DNA of 50,465 nt, from positions 1-50,465 of IMG/VR virus record IMGVR_UViG_3300020045_004315, one strand, 5' to 3'. Shown one piece after another: positions 48,234 to 50,465 of this stretch (positions are counted from its first letter, which is position 1; each line of letters opens with the position of its first letter). The translations under genes were made by a program, and so were the position numbers. This stretch comes from a virus (taxonomy: Duplodnaviria; Caudoviricetes). The notes beneath the pieces are model-generated. The model was not told the DNA's origin. It worked only from the letters and a program-made list of their open reading frames with translations, and ran no database searches.

Positions 48234-48247
48234 TTTGTATTATTGAA
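48234..48247 (+). promoter_or_regulatory. putative late promoter motif, copy 3
   Basis: TTTGTATTATTGAA upstream of baseplate J. Confidence 0.65.
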
Positions 48248-48261
48248 ACAAAATCGTATAT

Positions 48262-49398
48262 ATGAGCGCTTCATTTGTACCCACTGATTCCGATTCTATA
48301 CTTGCCGAAGTTCTTTCTGACTTCACAACCACAACAGGCCGGACACTTTTACCAGGTCAGCCGGAATATGCGTTTTGTGCTTCCATGGCTTACAGATTAG
48401 TTTTGGAACGTCAGAGAATGAACGCAGTCGGGAATAGTCAACTTCTGGCATTTTCAACCGCTCCAATTCTTGATTATTTGGTCCAGCTTGTAGGCATCGA
48501 AAGGCTCGCACCTCAATACGCTGTTTGCACTTTGCATTTTACTTTGGTTTTAGGCCATGGCGATGTAATTATTCCTTCAGGTACCAGAGTAATTTCTACA
48601 GATGGAAAGGTCGTATTTGCTACCAAGAATGATGTTTCTGTTTTGGCAGGAATTCTGGTTGCGAATGTAGATGCTGAATGTATGACATCCGGATTGATTG
48701 GTAATGATTACGCAATCGGAACCATCTCAATGATTCAGGATGTGCAAGCCTACTTATCAACCGCTTCAAATATTGATATTACTGCAGGGGGCTCAGATGA
48801 GGAAACGGACGAACAATTAAGGGCACGGGCATATAAGGCGCCGTCCGCTTTTTCGGTTGCTGGTTCACGTGAAGCATATAAGTTTTTTACTTTTTCCGCT
48901 TCGCCGCTTGTGATCGACGTATCGGTTGTATCTCATTCGGACAATCCTGTTATTCCATACGGTCAGGTGAATATTTACCCACTACTCGCAAACGGCAATG
49001 TAGCAGATGGAGCATTGACCGCCGTAATTCAGGCTGCATTATCTGACGAAAAGGTCAGGCCGCTCACTGATACTGTCGTGGTGCAAACACCTGTCAAAGT
49101 TCTGTATGAGGTAAACGTTGATATTATAAAATTCACAAAAGCGAGTAATTCAGATATTCTGGCTTTGGTCAATCCTACTTTAATCGCATTCGGAAAAGCC
49201 AAAATGAAGATCATGGGTCTTGATATTGTGAATTCAGAAATTGAAAGTATTTGCAGGGTTGCCGGTGTATATGACCTTACCGTAACGATTATCCCGACCG
49301 GAAAGTCATTAACCGGCGATAACCTTGTAATGGATTTGAACGAATTCCCTTACTTAAATAATTTCACTGTCAACATAACCGGCGCAAACAATGGATGA
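48262..49398 (+). CDS. baseplate J/gp47 protein
   Basis: GRTL.PGQPE, IPSGTRV, GGSDEETDEQLR.R...AP..FSVAGS..AY, VRPLTD.V.V. Confidence 0.95.
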   Translation: MSASFVPTDSDSILAEVLSDFTTTTGRTLLPGQPEYAFCASMAYRLVLERQRMNAVGNSQLLAFSTAPILDYLVQLVGIERLAPQYAVCTLHFTLVLGHGDVIIPSGTRVISTDGKVVFATKNDVSVLAGILVANVDAECMTSGLIGNDYAIGTISMIQDVQAYLSTASNIDITAGGSDEETDEQLRARAYKAPSAFSVAGSREAYKFFTFSASPLVIDVSVVSHSDNPVIPYGQVNIYPLLANGNVADGALTAVIQAALSDEKVRPLTDTVVVQTPVKVLYEVNVDIIKFTKASNSDILALVNPTLIAFGKAKMKIMGLDIVNSEIESICRVAGVYDLTVTIIPTGKSLTGDNLVMDLNEFPYLNNFTVNITGANNG

Positions 49399-49897
49399 GA
49401 TACTGAAAATATTTGAACCTCTGTTTAAAAAATGGATTGATGATGTTGATATGTCGCCGTTTATGGTTTACATGATTGATGCTGTCGACGCTTCAGCCCT
49501 TCCGTATTTAGCAGAACAATTCAACGTGCAAGGCTATAGAGGATGGGATTTGGCAGTCACAGAAGCCGACAAAAGAGAGCTTTTAAAAAACGCCATTGCT
49601 ATTCAAAAGAAAGTTGGAACTCCCTATTCAATCAAACAAGCTCTAAAGGCTATCGGTTTTCCAAATGTTGTAATTAACGAACATATCGGAGTAAGAAATT
49701 ACTATGATGGCACTTTTAATTATTCAGGGCTAATTTTTTATGATGGTGGCGCCGGGGCTATTTGGGTGAATTTCTCGGTTGAAATATCGGTTGCTGATGC
49801 TATTTCCGATGCAACTAAAGAACTGGTAAGATTATTAATTAACGAATATAAACCGGCTCGTTGTGTGCTGGTAGATTTAACATTTAACACTTTATAA
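49391..49897 (+). CDS. tail protein I (P2_I-like)
   Basis: LPYLAEQFNV.G..GW, KRELLK.AI...KK.GTP..IK..L, EYKPARC.L. Confidence 0.9.
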   Translation: MDEILKIFEPLFKKWIDDVDMSPFMVYMIDAVDASALPYLAEQFNVQGYRGWDLAVTEADKRELLKNAIAIQKKVGTPYSIKQALKAIGFPNVVINEHIGVRNYYDGTFNYSGLIFYDGGAGAIWVNFSVEISVADAISDATKELVRLLINEYKPARCVLVDLTFNTL

Positions 49898-49898
49898 A

Positions 49899-50414
49899 AT
49901 GGCAAATTTTGTAGAAGAAGAAGTATATCCTGTAAATGTTCATGTAATTGGCACGGACGAGCTTGTTCAGGGTGGCGACGGTGGCCCGACAAATGTCCCT
50001 ACCCAGCAACTAGTAAATAGGACAAAATGGCTTAAAAAACAAGTCACAGATATTTTGGAGGCCATTACAGGAATAACAAACAAGAATCCAGAAAACCTGA
50101 TAACTCGAAAATTCAACATTGGAGCATGGAATATGGTTTCGGGTGGACTTTACAAAGTTATTACACTCTCAAGTCTATCGATCGACAGAGCAAAGATAGT
50201 AGGTTATCAGGCTTTCATTTTGTCTGACGATATTACCACCGACGAAATCGTATCAGTTCCATTATCTGCCGATGGTCACATCGAGGTGATAAACGAGATT
50301 GAAATGATATCTACAGAACCATCGTTTAGGTTGCACCATGGGGCATTATTTGCCAATGCGAGATATTCAGGCGCCGTAAACCGTGGATACATCATTGTAA
50401 CACTCATCCCATGA
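49899..50414 (+). CDS. short tail fibre / fibre-attachment protein
   Basis: V.GG.GG..N....QL.NRT.WLK N-terminal motif; follows protein I. Confidence 0.7.
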   Translation: MANFVEEEVYPVNVHVIGTDELVQGGDGGPTNVPTQQLVNRTKWLKKQVTDILEAITGITNKNPENLITRKFNIGAWNMVSGGLYKVITLSSLSIDRAKIVGYQAFILSDDITTDEIVSVPLSADGHIEVINEIEMISTEPSFRLHHGALFANARYSGAVNRGYIIVTLIP

Positions 50415-50465
50415 TCATAAATAATTCAAAACTCGTTAAGATAATAACCTTTGGATTTGCCTTTG

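Overview
This window is most of a temperate, AT-rich Bacteroidota-type tailed phage, apparently in excised (attP) form. It combines a lambda-like head module (Nu1/GpA-type terminase, gpW, portal, protease-scaffold-capsid fusion) with a P2-like contractile tail. The tail chaperone has a -1 frameshift, and the baseplate J/I/fibre genes sit about 30 kb from V/W. Other modules are three large signal-peptide-bearing proteins (FN3-like, SGNH esterase, BACON plus PL9-like lyase), a lysis module, a tyrosine integrase with a tRNA-Leu-like attP, a cI/cro switch, RecT/RecE-like genes, SNF2 helicases and two DNA methyltransferases. The most striking feature is at 625-2215: an array of four ~360-420 bp integron-like gene cassettes, each bounded by its own GTT.../...AAC inverted repeat and separated by attC-like hairpins. 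All cargo ORFs appear inverted relative to the attC polarity, and no integron integrase is present in the window. Protein family calls come from motif recognition by eye, not database searches.
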